IMG/VR virus record: IMGVR_UViG_2713897056_000005
Direction: 5' to 3' (one strand)
Source: a virus
Taxonomy: Duplodnaviria; Heunggongvirae; Uroviricota; Caudoviricetes
Length of the DNA: 38,380 nt
Shown here: piece by piece, positions 1 through 10,710 of the stretch
Layout: each line of letters starts with the position of its first letter
Numbering within the stretch: position 1 is the stretch's first letter
Notes under the pieces: model-generated
The model's database searches: none
The model's input: only the letters and a program-made list of their open reading frames with translations
Told to the model about the DNA's origin: nothing
Made by a program: the position numbers and the translations under genes

Positions 1-258
1 ATGCAAACCGTTATTTTTGGTCGTTCGGGTTGCCCTTACTGTGTGCGTGCAAAAGATCTGGCTGAGAAATTGAGCAATGAACGCGATGATTTTCAGTATC
101 AGTATGTAGATATTCGTGCGGAAGGGATCACTAAAGAAGATCTACAACAAAAGGCAGGTAAACCCGTAGAAACCGTGCCGCAGATTTTTGTCGATCAGCA
201 ACATATCGGCGGCTATACCGATTTTGCTGCATGGGTGAAAGAAAATCTGGACGCCTGA
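1..258 (+). CDS. grxA: Glutaredoxin 1
   Basis: 85 aa ORF with CPYC active-site motif near the N-terminus (GRSGCPYCVRAKDLAEKL); matches E. coli GrxA as I remember it; ATG at position 1. Confidence 0.9.
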   Translation: MQTVIFGRSGCPYCVRAKDLAEKLSNERDDFQYQYVDIRAEGITKEDLQQKAGKPVETVPQIFVDQQHIGGYTDFAAWVKENLDA

Positions 259-268
259 TCGTCTGACA

Positions 269-300
269 AGCCCTCGCGTTGAGGGCTTTACTGATTTTTT
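269..300. terminator. Hairpin plus T-run between convergent grxA and ybjM (likely bidirectional intrinsic terminator)
   Basis: agccctc-gcgtt-gagggct stem-loop at 269..287 followed by a T-rich tract ending in six Ts. Confidence 0.5.
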
Positions 301-665
301 CTGTGCTGTGGTTTAAACAAACTACTGATAAATAAGAAACACAGTGCCCCCAGCGCACACCAGAACACCGCGCTTAGTAACCATGCCAGCTCTTGCCAGA
401 ATGAGCGCGTCGGTGAAAAAAACAGCCGCATAATGAGCATCGAACAGGGTGCCGCCAGCATTGCGCCAAACAGAGGTTTCAGGACTTCTCTACGCTGTGA
501 AAAGAAGCTGGCGACTGCTCCAGGAAGAATGAAAAATAGCAAGCCGATTTCAGGATGCCCGGCAGCCCGAAAAGCGCCTTTCATGTGCGTCGCCAGAAAA
601 AGGCACACCACAATGAAGAGGACAAAACAGCAGATTGCCCCCGCCCAACGTTGTTTATGTTTCAC
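288..665 (-). CDS. ybjM: Inner membrane protein YbjM
   Basis: 125 aa hydrophobic multi-helix ORF in the conserved position between grxA and ybjL. Confidence 0.7.
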   Translation of the reverse strand: MKHKQRWAGAICCFVLFIVVCLFLATHMKGAFRAAGHPEIGLLFFILPGAVASFFSQRREVLKPLFGAMLAAPCSMLIMRLFFSPTRSFWQELAWLLSAVFWCALGALCFLFISSLFKPQHRKNQ

Positions 666-934
666 TCGTTCCTCCTGACACTGCGTCTATCGAACACATT
701 TTTCGCCAGTGTGGCGTTCAGTAAGATAAAGCCGCTTCGCATTCCATGCTAATATAGGCCAACGCAATTCATATAGCCGTTGATACCTAATGTGATTACA
801 CTAGTAAAATATATTGTTACTTTACTATCGTTTAGGTGCGCTGAATGAATCTGCGCCCTGAATTCTGGTAAAAAACATTATCGTAAATTACCATTTCTTT
901 CAACAGCTTACTAGTAAACAAGAAGTTAGCCTCC

Positions 935-2620
935 GTGAATATAAACGTCGCCGAATTGTTAAATGGGAATTACATTCTGTTATTATTTGTGGTCCTCGCG
1001 CTTGGGCTATGTCTCGGAAAGTTACGACTTGGTTCGATCCAACTGGGTAATTCCATTGGCGTTTTAGTCGTATCGCTGTTATTAGGCCAACAACATTTCA
1101 GCATTAACACCGATGCGCTTAATCTTGGCTTTATGCTGTTTATTTTCTGCGTCGGGGTCGAAGCCGGACCGAACTTTTTTTCCATTTTTTTTCGCGATGG
1201 GAAAAATTACCTAATGTTAGCACTGGTGATGGTTGGCAGTGCGCTGGTGATCGCCTTAGGGTTAGGTAAGCTGTTTGGCTGGGATATTGGCCTGACGGCC
1301 GGTATGTTAGCAGGCTCTATGACGTCGACACCGGTTCTGGTCGGTGCTGGCGATACACTGCGTCATTCCGGCATGGAAAGCAGGCAGCTCTCACTGGCAC
1401 TGGATAATCTGAGCCTCGGGTATGCCTTAACCTATTTAATCGGTCTGGTGAGTTTGATTGTTGGTGCGCGTTACTTGCCGAAATTGCAGCATCAGGACTT
1501 ACAGACCAGCGCCCAGCAAATCGCCCGCGAACGTGGCCTGGACACTGATGCCAACCGTAAGGTTTATTTACCGGTGATCCGCGCCTATCGCGTCGGCCCG
1601 GAGCTGGTGGCCTGGACCGACGGCAAAAATCTGCGTGAACTGGGTATTTATCGACAAACCGGCTGCTACATTGAACGTATTCGACGTAACGGGATTCTGG
1701 CAAATCCAGACGGTGATGCCGTGCTACAAATGGGCGATGAAATAGCGTTGGTAGGCTATCCCGACGCCCATGCCCGACTCGATCCCAGCTTCCGTAACGG
1801 TAAAGAAGTTTTCGATCGTGACCTTCTCGACATGCGTATCGTCACTGAAGAAGTGGTCGTTAAAAACCATAACGCTGTAGGTAAACGTCTCGCACAACTG
1901 AAGTTGACCGATCACGGTTGCTTCCTTAACCGCGTCATTCGTAGCCAGATTGAGATGCCGATAGATGACAACGTCGTGCTTAACAAAGGTGACGTTTTAC
2001 AAGTCAGCGGTGATGCCCGTCGCGTAAAAACCATCGCCGATCGCATCGGCTTTATCTCGATTCACAGCCAGGTCACTGACCTGCTGGCATTTTGCGCCTT
2101 CTTTGTTATTGGGCTGATGATCGGGATGATCACCTTCCAGTTCAGCACATTCAGTTTCGGCATGGGGAACGCTGCCGGGTTGTTATTCGCCGGAATTATG
2201 CTGGGCTTTATGCGTGCTAACCACCCGACCTTCGGTTACATTCCGCAAGGTGCATTAAGCATGGTGAAAGAGTTCGGCTTGATGGTGTTTATGGCAGGCG
2301 TTGGTCTGAGCGCCGGTAGCGGTATTAATAACGGCCTGGGCGCGATTGGCGGTCAGATGTTGATTGCCGGATTAATTGTCAGTCTTGTGCCCGTGGTTAT
2401 CTGTTTCTTGTTCGGTGCTTATGTATTGCGAATGAACCGCGCACTGTTGTTCGGCGCAATGATGGGCGCACGCACCTGCGCGCCGGCAATGGAGATCATC
2501 AGTGATACAGCTCGCAGTAACATCCCTGCGCTGGGCTACGCGGGCACCTACGCAATCGCCAACGTCCTGCTGACGCTGGCAGGGACAATCATCGTCATGG
2601 TATGGCCAGGATTAGGATAA
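935..2620 (+). CDS. ybjL: Putative transporter YbjL (AAE-family, duplicated membrane domains with central soluble region)
   Basis: 561 aa ORF; hydrophobic N- and C-terminal halves flanking a soluble domain; length and N-terminus ([18 protein letters not shown]) match E. coli YbjL from memory. Apparent GTG start at 935. Confidence 0.85.
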
Positions 2621-2732
2621 AACTGAAGTTGCCCTGAAAATGAAATTTTTTTGCACAACCGCAGAACTTTTCCGCAGGGCATCAGTCTTAATTAGTGCCA
2701 CTGCTTTTCTTTGATGTCCCCATTTTGTGGAG

Positions 2733-2775
2733 CCCATCAACCCCGCCATTTCGGTTCAAGGTTGATGGGTTTTTG
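2733..2775. terminator. Structured hairpin followed by T-run downstream of ybjL
   Basis: cccatcaacc (2733..2742) pairs with ggttgatggg (2760..2769), followed by ttttt; the 17 nt loop is unusually large. Confidence 0.4.
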
Positions 2776-2865
2776 TTGCCTGTTAGATTACTCTCGATAA
2801 AATAATCACTTACTAGCCATATCAGCCTGCAATGGCGACAAAGTGGCGACAGAGAGAGAAAGAGC

Positions 2866-3387
2866 GTGTCCTTATCATTTAGTGACTCAGTAGCAATCGT
2901 CGGAATCATTGTAGGAATTTTGTGTATTGTTGTGGGATTGCCCGCACTTCTAACATTTATCCCACAACGGAAAGAGGCAAAAAGATTACGCAGGGAAAGA
3001 TATGCACAAATTCTAAAAGGTAAAAGTTGGAATAACCTTGGAGTTAACCATGGATTTCCTGAGCCATCACTGGACATACGAATTAACACCGTAGATAACG
3101 CAGGTACACTTCAAGGTGAGATTATCAACTGCCAAAGTAATGTTATGGATTTAGATAAAATAACATTCCATATCAATGGTAAGCTAACCGATAAAGGAAC
3201 TGCATCAATAACACTATGCACTGCTATCGGATGGCGCCAAGTACCGGTGGGAGTTGCGAAATTACGTTATCGCGAAAAAGATGACACACTAGATTTCATC
3301 TATCTGCATGATCATAAATTCAATCCAACCTTATCATGGGAACTAAGCCTCCCTCGGTTTACTACCTACGGACTAGTTGGCTGCTAA
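2866..3387 (+). CDS. Hypothetical membrane-anchored protein (single N-terminal TM helix)
   Basis: 173 aa ORF with N-terminal hydrophobic helix (VAIVGIIVGILCIVVGLPALLTFIP) then a soluble domain; AT-rich; GTG start after a purine-rich tract; lies between host ybjL and prophage ogr. No family recognised. Confidence 0.45.
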   Translation: MSLSFSDSVAIVGIIVGILCIVVGLPALLTFIPQRKEAKRLRRERYAQILKGKSWNNLGVNHGFPEPSLDIRINTVDNAGTLQGEIINCQSNVMDLDKITFHINGKLTDKGTASITLCTAIGWRQVPVGVAKLRYREKDDTLDFIYLHDHKFNPTLSWELSLPRFTTYGLVGC

Positions 3388-3508
3388 CTCTTTGTATATG
3401 GTTCATGCCAGTCTGAACCCAAAAGGTAAATGGCTGCATATCCCTTTCTCTGAATTAAACCAGTAAAAACCCTCCAGCGGTGGGTTAATATTAGTAAGCT
3501 AATTGTTC

Positions 3509-3706
3509 TTAAATTCCGTTCGGATGAGGTGGCGCAGCGCTGATTTTTTGCGGGCGGCACACTGACCGCACAAAAGTCTCATGGGTCACGAAGGTATGTC
3601 CACACTCGATGTTAGTGCACTGGTTGTAACGCTCTTTGGTCAATGAAGATACCTGAAAACTGCTGCGAGTATGGGCGGCACTTCCACACAGTGGGCAAAT
3701 CATCAT
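3509..3706 (-). CDS. ogr: Ogr/Delta-family zinc-finger late gene activator
   Basis: CPLCG...C..C..CGH zinc-finger pattern and KERY motif as in P2 Ogr; start chosen at the ATGATG with GGGGAGAA Shine-Dalgarno 8 nt upstream rather than the longer ORF start at 3739. Confidence 0.8.
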   Translation of the reverse strand: MMICPLCGSAAHTRSSFQVSSLTKERYNQCTNIECGHTFVTHETFVRSVCRPQKISAAPPHPNGI

Positions 3707-3796
3707 TTTTCGAGTTCTCCCCATTTTTGCTAAATTCATAATAATGATACCGTATTATTCCATTTTGCAAACTTAAAAGTTCTCCATTGCGAAGAA

Positions 3797-4897
3797 TCAT
3801 TCTATTTCGAAATCATCAATCCTCACTTCAAGCTCCAGACTGGTCGTAAAACCGTTATCCGGGCTGACGGTATGTGTCAGAGTCGTAATGGTCCATTCCG
3901 CATCATCTATCGGCTGTTTAAAACCACTGACTTTCACTGGCATTTCCGTGTAGAGATCTGCCCGACCTTCCGCCAGTTGTAGCGAGAATGACGCAACGCC
4001 GCGTTGCAGGCGTTCCCACTGCATTTTCGCTGCCCGTTCAGCGTTGCTCCGGTTGGCATAAGTGCGATTAAGTACCAGCACGTTTTCATCCGTACCCACC
4101 AGGTAATCGCCCTGCTTCGCTTCCGGCTCTTTCTTCTGCTTCTTAGTCCTGCGCTTACGCTTCACCGTTGTGCTTTCTTTCTTCGCGGGTTCGCGGGTAT
4201 GCAACCAACTGGCAATTACGCCCGTATAGGCTCCGCGATCTGCCAGGGTAAAGCGGTGACTGTCGCCGTCCTTACGTGTGATAGTGATCACCGGCAGTGG
4301 TTTACCGCTGACACTTTTACTCTGTCCCTGTCGGATGAATAACAGATTGCCATTTTTCACCGACGCAATAGCACCGTACTGGCGCGCCAGCCGCATCAGA
4401 AAACTGCCGTCACTCTCATTAGTCTGGTCTATATGCTCCACGGGCTTATCCGACAGGTCTTTACCCAGTGCCATCTTCAGCTTGTGACGTACGGCTATTT
4501 CCTTCACTACTTCCCCGACGGTGGTCTTGTGCCACGACTTTTCACGGCGGGTATTCAGCGTTTCACGAAAATCAGCACTTCGCGCCCGAATAGTCAGGCG
4601 GTCCGGTGCGCCAGTGTGTTCAATCTCGTCCACCGTGAATGCCCCTTTCGGGAAAAGCGGCTGCCCCTTCCAGCCCAGCGCCAGCGTAATGACCGCACCA
4701 CGGCGCGGCAGCACGATTTTTCCATCGGCGTCGTCCAGCTCCAGATCAAGCTGGTCCGCTTCAAATCCCCGGTTATCCGTCAGCGTCAGCCCCATCAGGC
4801 GGTTGTCCAGCACAGTGGTGATATCCCTGCCTTCAATACTGATGCTGAATGCCGGAGTTTTGTTGCCTTTGTTAAGCAGTTCAGAGCTGAAATTCAC
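3797..4897 (-). CDS. D: Tail protein D (late control gene D family)
   Basis: 366 aa; position downstream of U and adjacent to ogr as in P2; N-terminal region resembles gpD. Confidence 0.8.
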   Translation of the reverse strand: MNFSSELLNKGNKTPAFSISIEGRDITTVLDNRLMGLTLTDNRGFEADQLDLELDDADGKIVLPRRGAVITLALGWKGQPLFPKGAFTVDEIEHTGAPDRLTIRARSADFRETLNTRREKSWHKTTVGEVVKEIAVRHKLKMALGKDLSDKPVEHIDQTNESDGSFLMRLARQYGAIASVKNGNLLFIRQGQSKSVSGKPLPVITITRKDGDSHRFTLADRGAYTGVIASWLHTREPAKKESTTVKRKRRTKKQKKEPEAKQGDYLVGTDENVLVLNRTYANRSNAERAAKMQWERLQRGVASFSLQLAEGRADLYTEMPVKVSGFKQPIDDAEWTITTLTHTVSPDNGFTTSLELEVRIDDFEIE

Positions 4898-5379
4898 GAC
4901 AGAAGCCCTCCCACCGTTTTACTGATATCGCTTAAGGCAGATGTTGCCGTTCCCTGCAGATTATTCAGTTGCGCACTGAGATCACCGAACATATCGGACA
5001 GGGATTCATCCACCCGCTTGAGCGACAAGGTGAACTCAATCCGGCGCGGCATACCGTCGCGGAAAAACTCCGTTTTAGTCTGATTCAGTCCCTCAATCAC
5101 ATACATGCCGTAAATCGTGCCGCTGCCTTCAATCAGAGGCCATGCTTTCCCCTGTTCTGCCATCTGCTCAAGTGCCAGCAACGACAGCCTGCCGCCTGTT
5201 ATCTCCGGCATAAGAACACCGGAAAGCGTCAGCATGTCGTTGTCTGGTCCCAGAAACTGCGTGGACGGACGACGATTTACCCGGCTGTTAGCCGCATGTC
5301 GCCAGCTGCGTTGATACTGCAGTTCCTGATACGGCACGGTGCGCAGCATAAACACGTACAATCCCAGCACCATCATCAT
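4894..5379 (-). CDS. U: Tail protein U
   Basis: 161 aa ORF between T and D, overlapping D start by 4 nt; P2 gpU size and position. Confidence 0.8.
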   Translation of the reverse strand: MMMVLGLYVFMLRTVPYQELQYQRSWRHAANSRVNRRPSTQFLGPDNDMLTLSGVLMPEITGGRLSLLALEQMAEQGKAWPLIEGSGTIYGMYVIEGLNQTKTEFFRDGMPRRIEFTLSLKRVDESLSDMFGDLSAQLNNLQGTATSALSDISKTVGGLLS

Positions 5380-8300
5380 GCGTCGTATCCCCCCTGATCG
5401 CTGTAGTTACTCCTGGCTTTTGCCTTCAGCCTGCGTTCACGTTCATCAAGCTGGCGGGCCACCTCCCGCGCAATATCCTGCGCACTTTGTCCTGGCAGTG
5501 TCTGGATGATGATCTGCGTCGGTGCTTCAATCCGGTAAACAGGCGGCACAGTGGCTGCGCGACTCACAATTGCTTCACCGCCTTTCGCGGGAAGCGCCAA
5601 AGGATGCAACGGTGGAAGCTCTGCTGGCGCGGCAGCAACCCCCATCATTCCGGCGACAACGGCAGCCAGTGCAGCTGTATTTCTCCGGCTGGTCACGTTT
5701 GCCGGGCCGTTAACAATTTCCGGCCCGTTTTCACCGACGATGCCAAACTGCCCACGCGGGATATAGCCGCCGCTGTCATACATCCCCGCAAAGCCATATC
5801 CCCATGACGGAAAACCACCCGATGGAATCATCACTTTACCGTCTGCATTCACCGTCGCAGGTTGCTGACGCGTCACGCTTTCCGGCAGTTTTGCCTTTGC
5901 GGCCTCTTTACTGACAATGCCGAGCTTCTCCAGCAACCAGGAAACGCCGGATTTCAGGGAGTCCAGCGGATGCATGACCATATTCAGCCCTTCCGCCAGT
6001 GCCTCCCCGAATCTCCGCCCCATTGCCGCTGTACTCTGCAGTTCGGCAGAGGTCGACTTAATGGGCGTCAGCAGATCAGTAAACCAGCCCCACAGCGCCT
6101 GTACTTTGTCGCCAATCCACTGGAACACGGGCTTAAGCTGTTCGAATGCTGCACTGACGGGACCTGCCGCCGCTTTGAATCCTTCCACCACGCCACCAAG
6201 AAATGCGGTGATGGGTTGCCAGTATTTCCACACAACCAGCGCCACGCCCGCCAGTGCAGTAACCACAAGACCTATCGGACTGAGCAGAGCACCTAACAGA
6301 CCAGATACGGCATACAGGGCAACGCGCAGCATCGCCAGTGGACCAGATGCCAGTACTCGCAGCACCGTGCCTGCGGCGGCCAGTCCACCGCGCAGTACCG
6401 CCAGAGGATTCATAAACATCACAGCAACAGCACGTAAACCGGATAATCCAGACTGCAAAAGTGCAACCGGCGCACCTGCTACAGTTTTCAGGACATTTCC
6501 CGTCAGTGATGCCGTGCGGCGCAAAGACGACAACGGCGCAGTAAGTAAACCTGCGGCGTTGCCCGATGAAGCAAGCCCGCGTCGCAGCAGTGCCAGTGGT
6601 GCGCCAGCCAGCCAGGACAACGCGTTGCTGGTTCGGGTTACTGCTGCCGTAACGGAAGGTAACGTTTTGATACCCAGCACAGAGAATCCCAGACGGATCA
6701 CTGCCAGCGGCCCCAGAACTGCAGCCAGCGCCACCGCTAAGGTGCCGAGGCCTACGGTAACCGCAGCCACAACAGCCGCTACTTTCATCAGTGTGCCTGT
6801 CAGTTCCGGGTTAGCTTCCACCCAGCGGCGCAACGCCCCCGTGATGCTTTTCACCGTGTACAGAATATCCATCAGCGGCTGGCGCAGCGTTTCGCCCAGG
6901 CTGCTGAAGGTGTTCTGCGCTCCAGTTTTGACCAGCAACCACTGAGCAGAAAGTGAGTCTTTGTTGATGTCGGATTCTTTCTGCATGGAACCGAGCGCAT
7001 CATTGCCCGCTGTCAGTTTTAGCTGGCGCTGCAGTTCCGGCAGGTTGTTTGCCAGTTTCGCCGCGTCATCACCAAACTCTTTACCAAACAACATGGTCAT
7101 GGCAGACAGACGCTTGTCCTGCGGCAGTGCGTTCACCTTCTCCAGCACACGCTGGATAGTTCCCATCGCATCCTTCGTCATCTGCTTTTCAATCACTTCA
7201 GGATTGAGTTTCAGCAGATTCATCCCTTCAAAGAAACTCTTGCTTTGCATGGTGGCAATGGACAATTCACGCACCATCGCGTTTGCTGCACTGGCTGCAA
7301 CCTCCGGCGCAGCACCCAGAGTCAGGAAGGTGGACCCCAGCGCCGCCGCTTTACGATAATCCAGACGGTCAGCCACACCGCCCAGACGTTGCATCACATC
7401 GATGATGTCCGCCCCTTTCGACATGGCGTTATCATCCAGATAGTTCAGCGCATCACCGAGCTGTTCAATATTGCGGGTAGGTATTTTGTAGAGCTGGGCG
7501 ATTTTCCCCAGACTTTCTGACAGTTCATCCGCTGGCAGCTCAAAGGCTGTTGCCGCCTTTGCCGCCGTACTGGCGAAGGCCAGCAGGTCACGTTTCTGGT
7601 CTTCCCAGCTGTCGTCAGGGTTTGCGACGTTCATACGCGCACCACCTTCAACCAGTGCAGCGAAGTCCACCGCACCGTTTTCCATCGGCAACTGTTCGCT
7701 GGCAGCCTTGATGGCATCCTGCATTTCATAAAAACGTGCAGTACGGTTTCCATTATCGTCACGCAGACCATTGACCTGCTTTGCCACACCTTTCATGGCA
7801 TCTTCCATGCTGGTATAGCTTTTTACTGCCGCCATCACTGGCGTCCCCATTGCCAGCCCTGCAGCCGTGGTAGTGGCTCCGGCTCCTGCAATACGATCGC
7901 GCACCTCCAGCGAACGGGCATAACTGGCACGCGCCGCATTCATCCTGCGCTGAGCTTCACCCAGTCGCTTCAGCCGCGCCTCCTGTTTCGACAATTCCTG
8001 GTTATAACGTGATGTTTCACGGGCTAAACGGGCAGTTGCTCCCGCATCATCTTTCGCAGAAATTCCCGCCCGGTACAGTTCTGCACGCACAAGCGCCGTT
8101 TGCTTCTGCAAATATTTTTGTTGTTCTTCCAGGCGTTGGACTGCCAGCGTTTGCCGACCTAAAGCCACAAGGTGCCGTTGTGATGGTTGTTCCATCGCCT
8201 CCAGCTCAGAGCTAAGCAAATTAGCCTTCTGTCTGGCATAGTTCAGCCTGTCGCCTAACTTCTTGTTATCGGCCTGCAGCTTGCGAAATTTTTCCAGGCT

Positions 8301-8453
8301 GTTACCCGCCTGATTGAGTTGCTTTAATGCGTCACGGGAATTTCTGATTGCGCCAGCCAGCTCTTTCGAACTGGCCTGTGCAGCACGGAATGGGCGGGTG
8401 AGTTTGTCAACCGCATTAAGAATGACCTGCAGCCGCAGGTTGTTATCACTCAT
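5376..8453 (-). CDS. T: Tail tape measure protein T
   Basis: 1025 aa; coiled-coil N-terminal region, Ala/Gly-rich hydrophobic central segment, follows E/E'; start overlaps the E' stop. Confidence 0.85.
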   Translation of the reverse strand: MSDNNLRLQVILNAVDKLTRPFRAAQASSKELAGAIRNSRDALKQLNQAGNSLEKFRKLQADNKKLGDRLNYARQKANLLSSELEAMEQPSQRHLVALGRQTLAVQRLEEQQKYLQKQTALVRAELYRAGISAKDDAGATARLARETSRYNQELSKQEARLKRLGEAQRRMNAARASYARSLEVRDRIAGAGATTTAAGLAMGTPVMAAVKSYTSMEDAMKGVAKQVNGLRDDNGNRTARFYEMQDAIKAASEQLPMENGAVDFAALVEGGARMNVANPDDSWEDQKRDLLAFASTAAKAATAFELPADELSESLGKIAQLYKIPTRNIEQLGDALNYLDDNAMSKGADIIDVMQRLGGVADRLDYRKAAALGSTFLTLGAAPEVAASAANAMVRELSIATMQSKSFFEGMNLLKLNPEVIEKQMTKDAMGTIQRVLEKVNALPQDKRLSAMTMLFGKEFGDDAAKLANNLPELQRQLKLTAGNDALGSMQKESDINKDSLSAQWLLVKTGAQNTFSSLGETLRQPLMDILYTVKSITGALRRWVEANPELTGTLMKVAAVVAAVTVGLGTLAVALAAVLGPLAVIRLGFSVLGIKTLPSVTAAVTRTSNALSWLAGAPLALLRRGLASSGNAAGLLTAPLSSLRRTASLTGNVLKTVAGAPVALLQSGLSGLRAVAVMFMNPLAVLRGGLAAAGTVLRVLASGPLAMLRVALYAVSGLLGALLSPIGLVVTALAGVALVVWKYWQPITAFLGGVVEGFKAAAGPVSAAFEQLKPVFQWIGDKVQALWGWFTDLLTPIKSTSAELQSTAAMGRRFGEALAEGLNMVMHPLDSLKSGVSWLLEKLGIVSKEAAKAKLPESVTRQQPATVNADGKVMIPSGGFPSWGYGFAGMYDSGGYIPRGQFGIVGENGPEIVNGPANVTSRRNTAALAAVVAGMMGVAAAPAELPPLHPLALPAKGGEAIVSRAATVPPVYRIEAPTQIIIQTLPGQSAQDIAREVARQLDERERRLKAKARSNYSDQGGYDA

Positions 8454-8882
8454 CGTTGGCCCCGCTTCTCTGAATCGCTTTATACCGCCATTCCAGCACT
8501 TCGGTCAGCGGCATAACGTCAGTAACGGATGGCGGCCAGTGAAAAATGGTGGCGATATCTGCCACCAGATCGTCAACCGTCAGGCTGTCGGTAAACCGGC
8601 AAGCACCGACTTCTTCAACAAAAAAGTGACAACCTCAACCGACATGGCGGTGAGATCTGCCGGGTCCATCTCTGCAATTTCCTGCGCGGTCAGTGCCGGG
8701 CTGGAGATGCGGGGGATCACGGTCATCATCGCGTTCACATCCATATCCATAATGGCCTGCAGGCGTGTACCGCGCAGCGCACCGGACTGCGGTTTACGCA
8801 GCACAATTTCGGTAATTTCTGTTTTACCACGCTTGATAGGGGTATCCAGTTGAATAGTCTTTTCAGTCTGCTTATCGCTCAT
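8446..8882 (-). CDS. E+E': Tail assembly chaperone E+E' (product of -1 programmed ribosomal frameshift)
   Basis: Hand translation in the -1 frame from the slippery site gives an open extension (FFVEEVGACRFTDSLTVDDLVADIATIFHWPPSVTDVMPLTEVLEWRYKAIQRSGANDE) ending at TGA 8446..8448, overlapping the T start codon at 8453. Confidence 0.7.
8580..8882 (-). CDS. E: Tail assembly chaperone E
   Basis: 100 aa ORF directly upstream of T; contains the TTTTTTG slippery heptamer near its 3' end. Confidence 0.8.
   Translation of the reverse strand: MSDKQTEKTIQLDTPIKRGKTEITEIVLRKPQSGALRGTRLQAIMDMDVNAMMTVIPRISSPALTAQEIAEMDPADLTAMSVEVVTFLLKKSVLAGLPTA
8619..8625 (-). other. -1 programmed frameshift slippery heptamer T-TTT-TTG
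   Basis: Minus-strand TTTTTTG (plus-strand caaaaaa) located in-frame as X-XXY-YYZ within gpE codons ACT-TTT-TTG. Confidence 0.7.
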
Positions 8883-8936
8883 TTTATTGTCCTGTAAATT
8901 GGGTTCTGGCGCGGAATCCCGCGCCGTTCAGATACA

Positions 8937-9452
8937 TCAGAGGCCGAGGGCGTTGCGGTGTGCTTCCATCAGGTCCACACCGTCCACAATTTCCACCATG
9001 TTGATAAGGTCCACTTCATAGAGCACCTCACCATTGATAGTCAGCTTCGCGTAGCTGTTGGTACTGGTCACTTTGGTGGTGTTGCTTTCGCCCGTCTTCC
9101 ACTCGCCGGAATCCACTTCTTTGTGACGTCCACGCACCACAAGCTCCACGGCCTGCACTTCCCCGGTATCGTCACGCTGGATAGAGCCGGTAAAGCGCAA
9201 CTGGATACCATCCACCGTGGCTTTGCCCATCTGCTTAAACAGCAGCAGTTCAGTACCACCAATGGAAAATTCCGTATCCAGTGCGCCGTCATCCAGTCCC
9301 AGATCCACATCCACTGCACCCGGCATTCCGCCGCCGCGATACTTCTCATATTTGCGGGTGAATTTCGGCAGCGTCAGCGACTCAACGATCCCCTGCCAGT
9401 TGTTCCCGTCATTAAACAGGTTCAGGTGTTTTAATTTGCGTGGTAAAGCCAT
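8937..9452 (-). CDS. FII: Major tail tube protein FII
   Basis: 171 aa; immediately downstream of FI; P2 gpFII size and order. Confidence 0.85.
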   Translation of the reverse strand: MALPRKLKHLNLFNDGNNWQGIVESLTLPKFTRKYEKYRGGGMPGAVDVDLGLDDGALDTEFSIGGTELLLFKQMGKATVDGIQLRFTGSIQRDDTGEVQAVELVVRGRHKEVDSGEWKTGESNTTKVTSTNSYAKLTINGEVLYEVDLINMVEIVDGVDLMEAHRNALGL

Positions 9453-9461
9453 GTTGTCCCC

Positions 9462-10634
9462 TTACGCGCTGACCTGGCTGGCAAAATTCACCAGGTACTG
9501 ATCGGTGATGCGCTGACGCAGCATCAGGTTTTCAAGTGGCGGCACTGGCGTGTAGTCGTAGTCGATGGTGAGCTTCCCGGCTTTCAGAGTGTCTTTATCG
9601 TTCACCGACTCATCCAGCCAGCAATCACCACCAATGAGATAGCCCTGACTGACCAGGCTGCGCATTTTGGCGCGGATACCTTCGATAATGTCGCGGGCCA
9701 GCGACGGGTTCAGCGGTTTGTCCACCGCCCACATATGCGCTTCTGCCATCGTGTCCATCAGTACCTGCGCCGTGCGGGTGTAGTTTTCGAAGGCAAAGAG
9801 CGGGTCATCACTCAGGCAGCGGGAACCCCAGAAGCGGAAACCGTCTTTGCGGATAAGCGTGGTGACGTCGTTCTGGTTCAGCAGACCTGCATCGGTTGCC
9901 GGGTCCTGCAGATCCCAGAACACATCAGCAAAAATTCCGGTGACACCGTTCACGCCCACGTTGGACAGGCTTTTGTGCCACCCGGTCTGCTCATCAATTT
10001 TGGCGCGCAGACCGAGCGCACGAGCGGTGGCATATGCCGTTGCTTCGGCATTCAGCAGCGTGTCCCAGCCAGTAAAGTCAGGCCAGATCAGCATCCCTTC
10101 GCGCTGGCTGAAGTTTTCGCGGTAAGTGATCGCCTCCTGCACTGTCTTGCAGCCATACGCTGACAGGTAAGCAAACCCACGCAGGCTTTGCGCCACGCTC
10201 AGCAACTCAGTCGCTACCGCCTTGGTGTCGTGGCCTGGCACGCCGAGAATGCGCGGTTTAACGCCGAGCTGTGACTGGGCAGATAACAGGGCTTTCATAC
10301 CTGTTTTTTTACCTTCAGCAGTCACTGCGCCGATGATATTGGTCGTGGTTTCTTCTTCCGTTTCACCCTGCGGCACACGCACAACAACGGTCACGGGTTT
10401 TGCCTGGTCAGCGATGGCATCCAGCGAGCGGGCCAGTGTGCCGGACTCACCCGCTTTACCGCTGGCAATCAGCACATCAGTGATCAGCACGGGTTTATTA
10501 AGAGGAAACATTTTTGCATCGGCATCATCGCCCGTGCAGACCATACCCACGATGGCGGTGCTCACCGTGGTAATGGATCGGGTGCCTTCGTTGACTTCAA
10601 CAACGCGCACCCCGTGGTGGTAATCCTGAGCCAT
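9462..10634 (-). CDS. FI: Tail sheath protein FI
   Basis: 390 aa; contractile sheath size and position. Confidence 0.85.
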   Translation of the reverse strand: MAQDYHHGVRVVEVNEGTRSITTVSTAIVGMVCTGDDADAKMFPLNKPVLITDVLIASGKAGESGTLARSLDAIADQAKPVTVVVRVPQGETEEETTTNIIGAVTAEGKKTGMKALLSAQSQLGVKPRILGVPGHDTKAVATELLSVAQSLRGFAYLSAYGCKTVQEAITYRENFSQREGMLIWPDFTGWDTLLNAEATAYATARALGLRAKIDEQTGWHKSLSNVGVNGVTGIFADVFWDLQDPATDAGLLNQNDVTTLIRKDGFRFWGSRCLSDDPLFAFENYTRTAQVLMDTMAEAHMWAVDKPLNPSLARDIIEGIRAKMRSLVSQGYLIGGDCWLDESVNDKDTLKAGKLTIDYDYTPVPPLENLMLRQRITDQYLVNFASQVSA

Positions 10635-10710
10635 AGTGGCGAACCTCCTGATTGGATTAGGCTTCGCCCTATGTTGAAGTGATTGTGCCTGACAAACAGC
10701 TAAGCGCAGT

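Noticed and set aside
131-678. ORFs 131..358 (minus), 433..678 and 555..752 (plus) overlapping grxA and ybjM
   Set aside because: Overlap well-supported host genes in alternate frames or antisense; no independent support.
2733-2775. Possible tRNA fragment or att core in the hairpin downstream of ybjL (contains GGTTCAAGG reminiscent of a T-arm)
   Set aside because: No cloverleaf can be built, and the matching att copy would lie outside the window; kept only as a terminator-like hairpin.
5917-6945. 342 aa plus-strand ORF (and several shorter ones) inside and antisense to the tape measure gene T
   Set aside because: Lies entirely antisense to a strongly supported long gene in GC-rich DNA where long spurious ORFs are expected; the Ala/Ser/Pro/Arg-rich low-complexity translation is typical of antisense frames.
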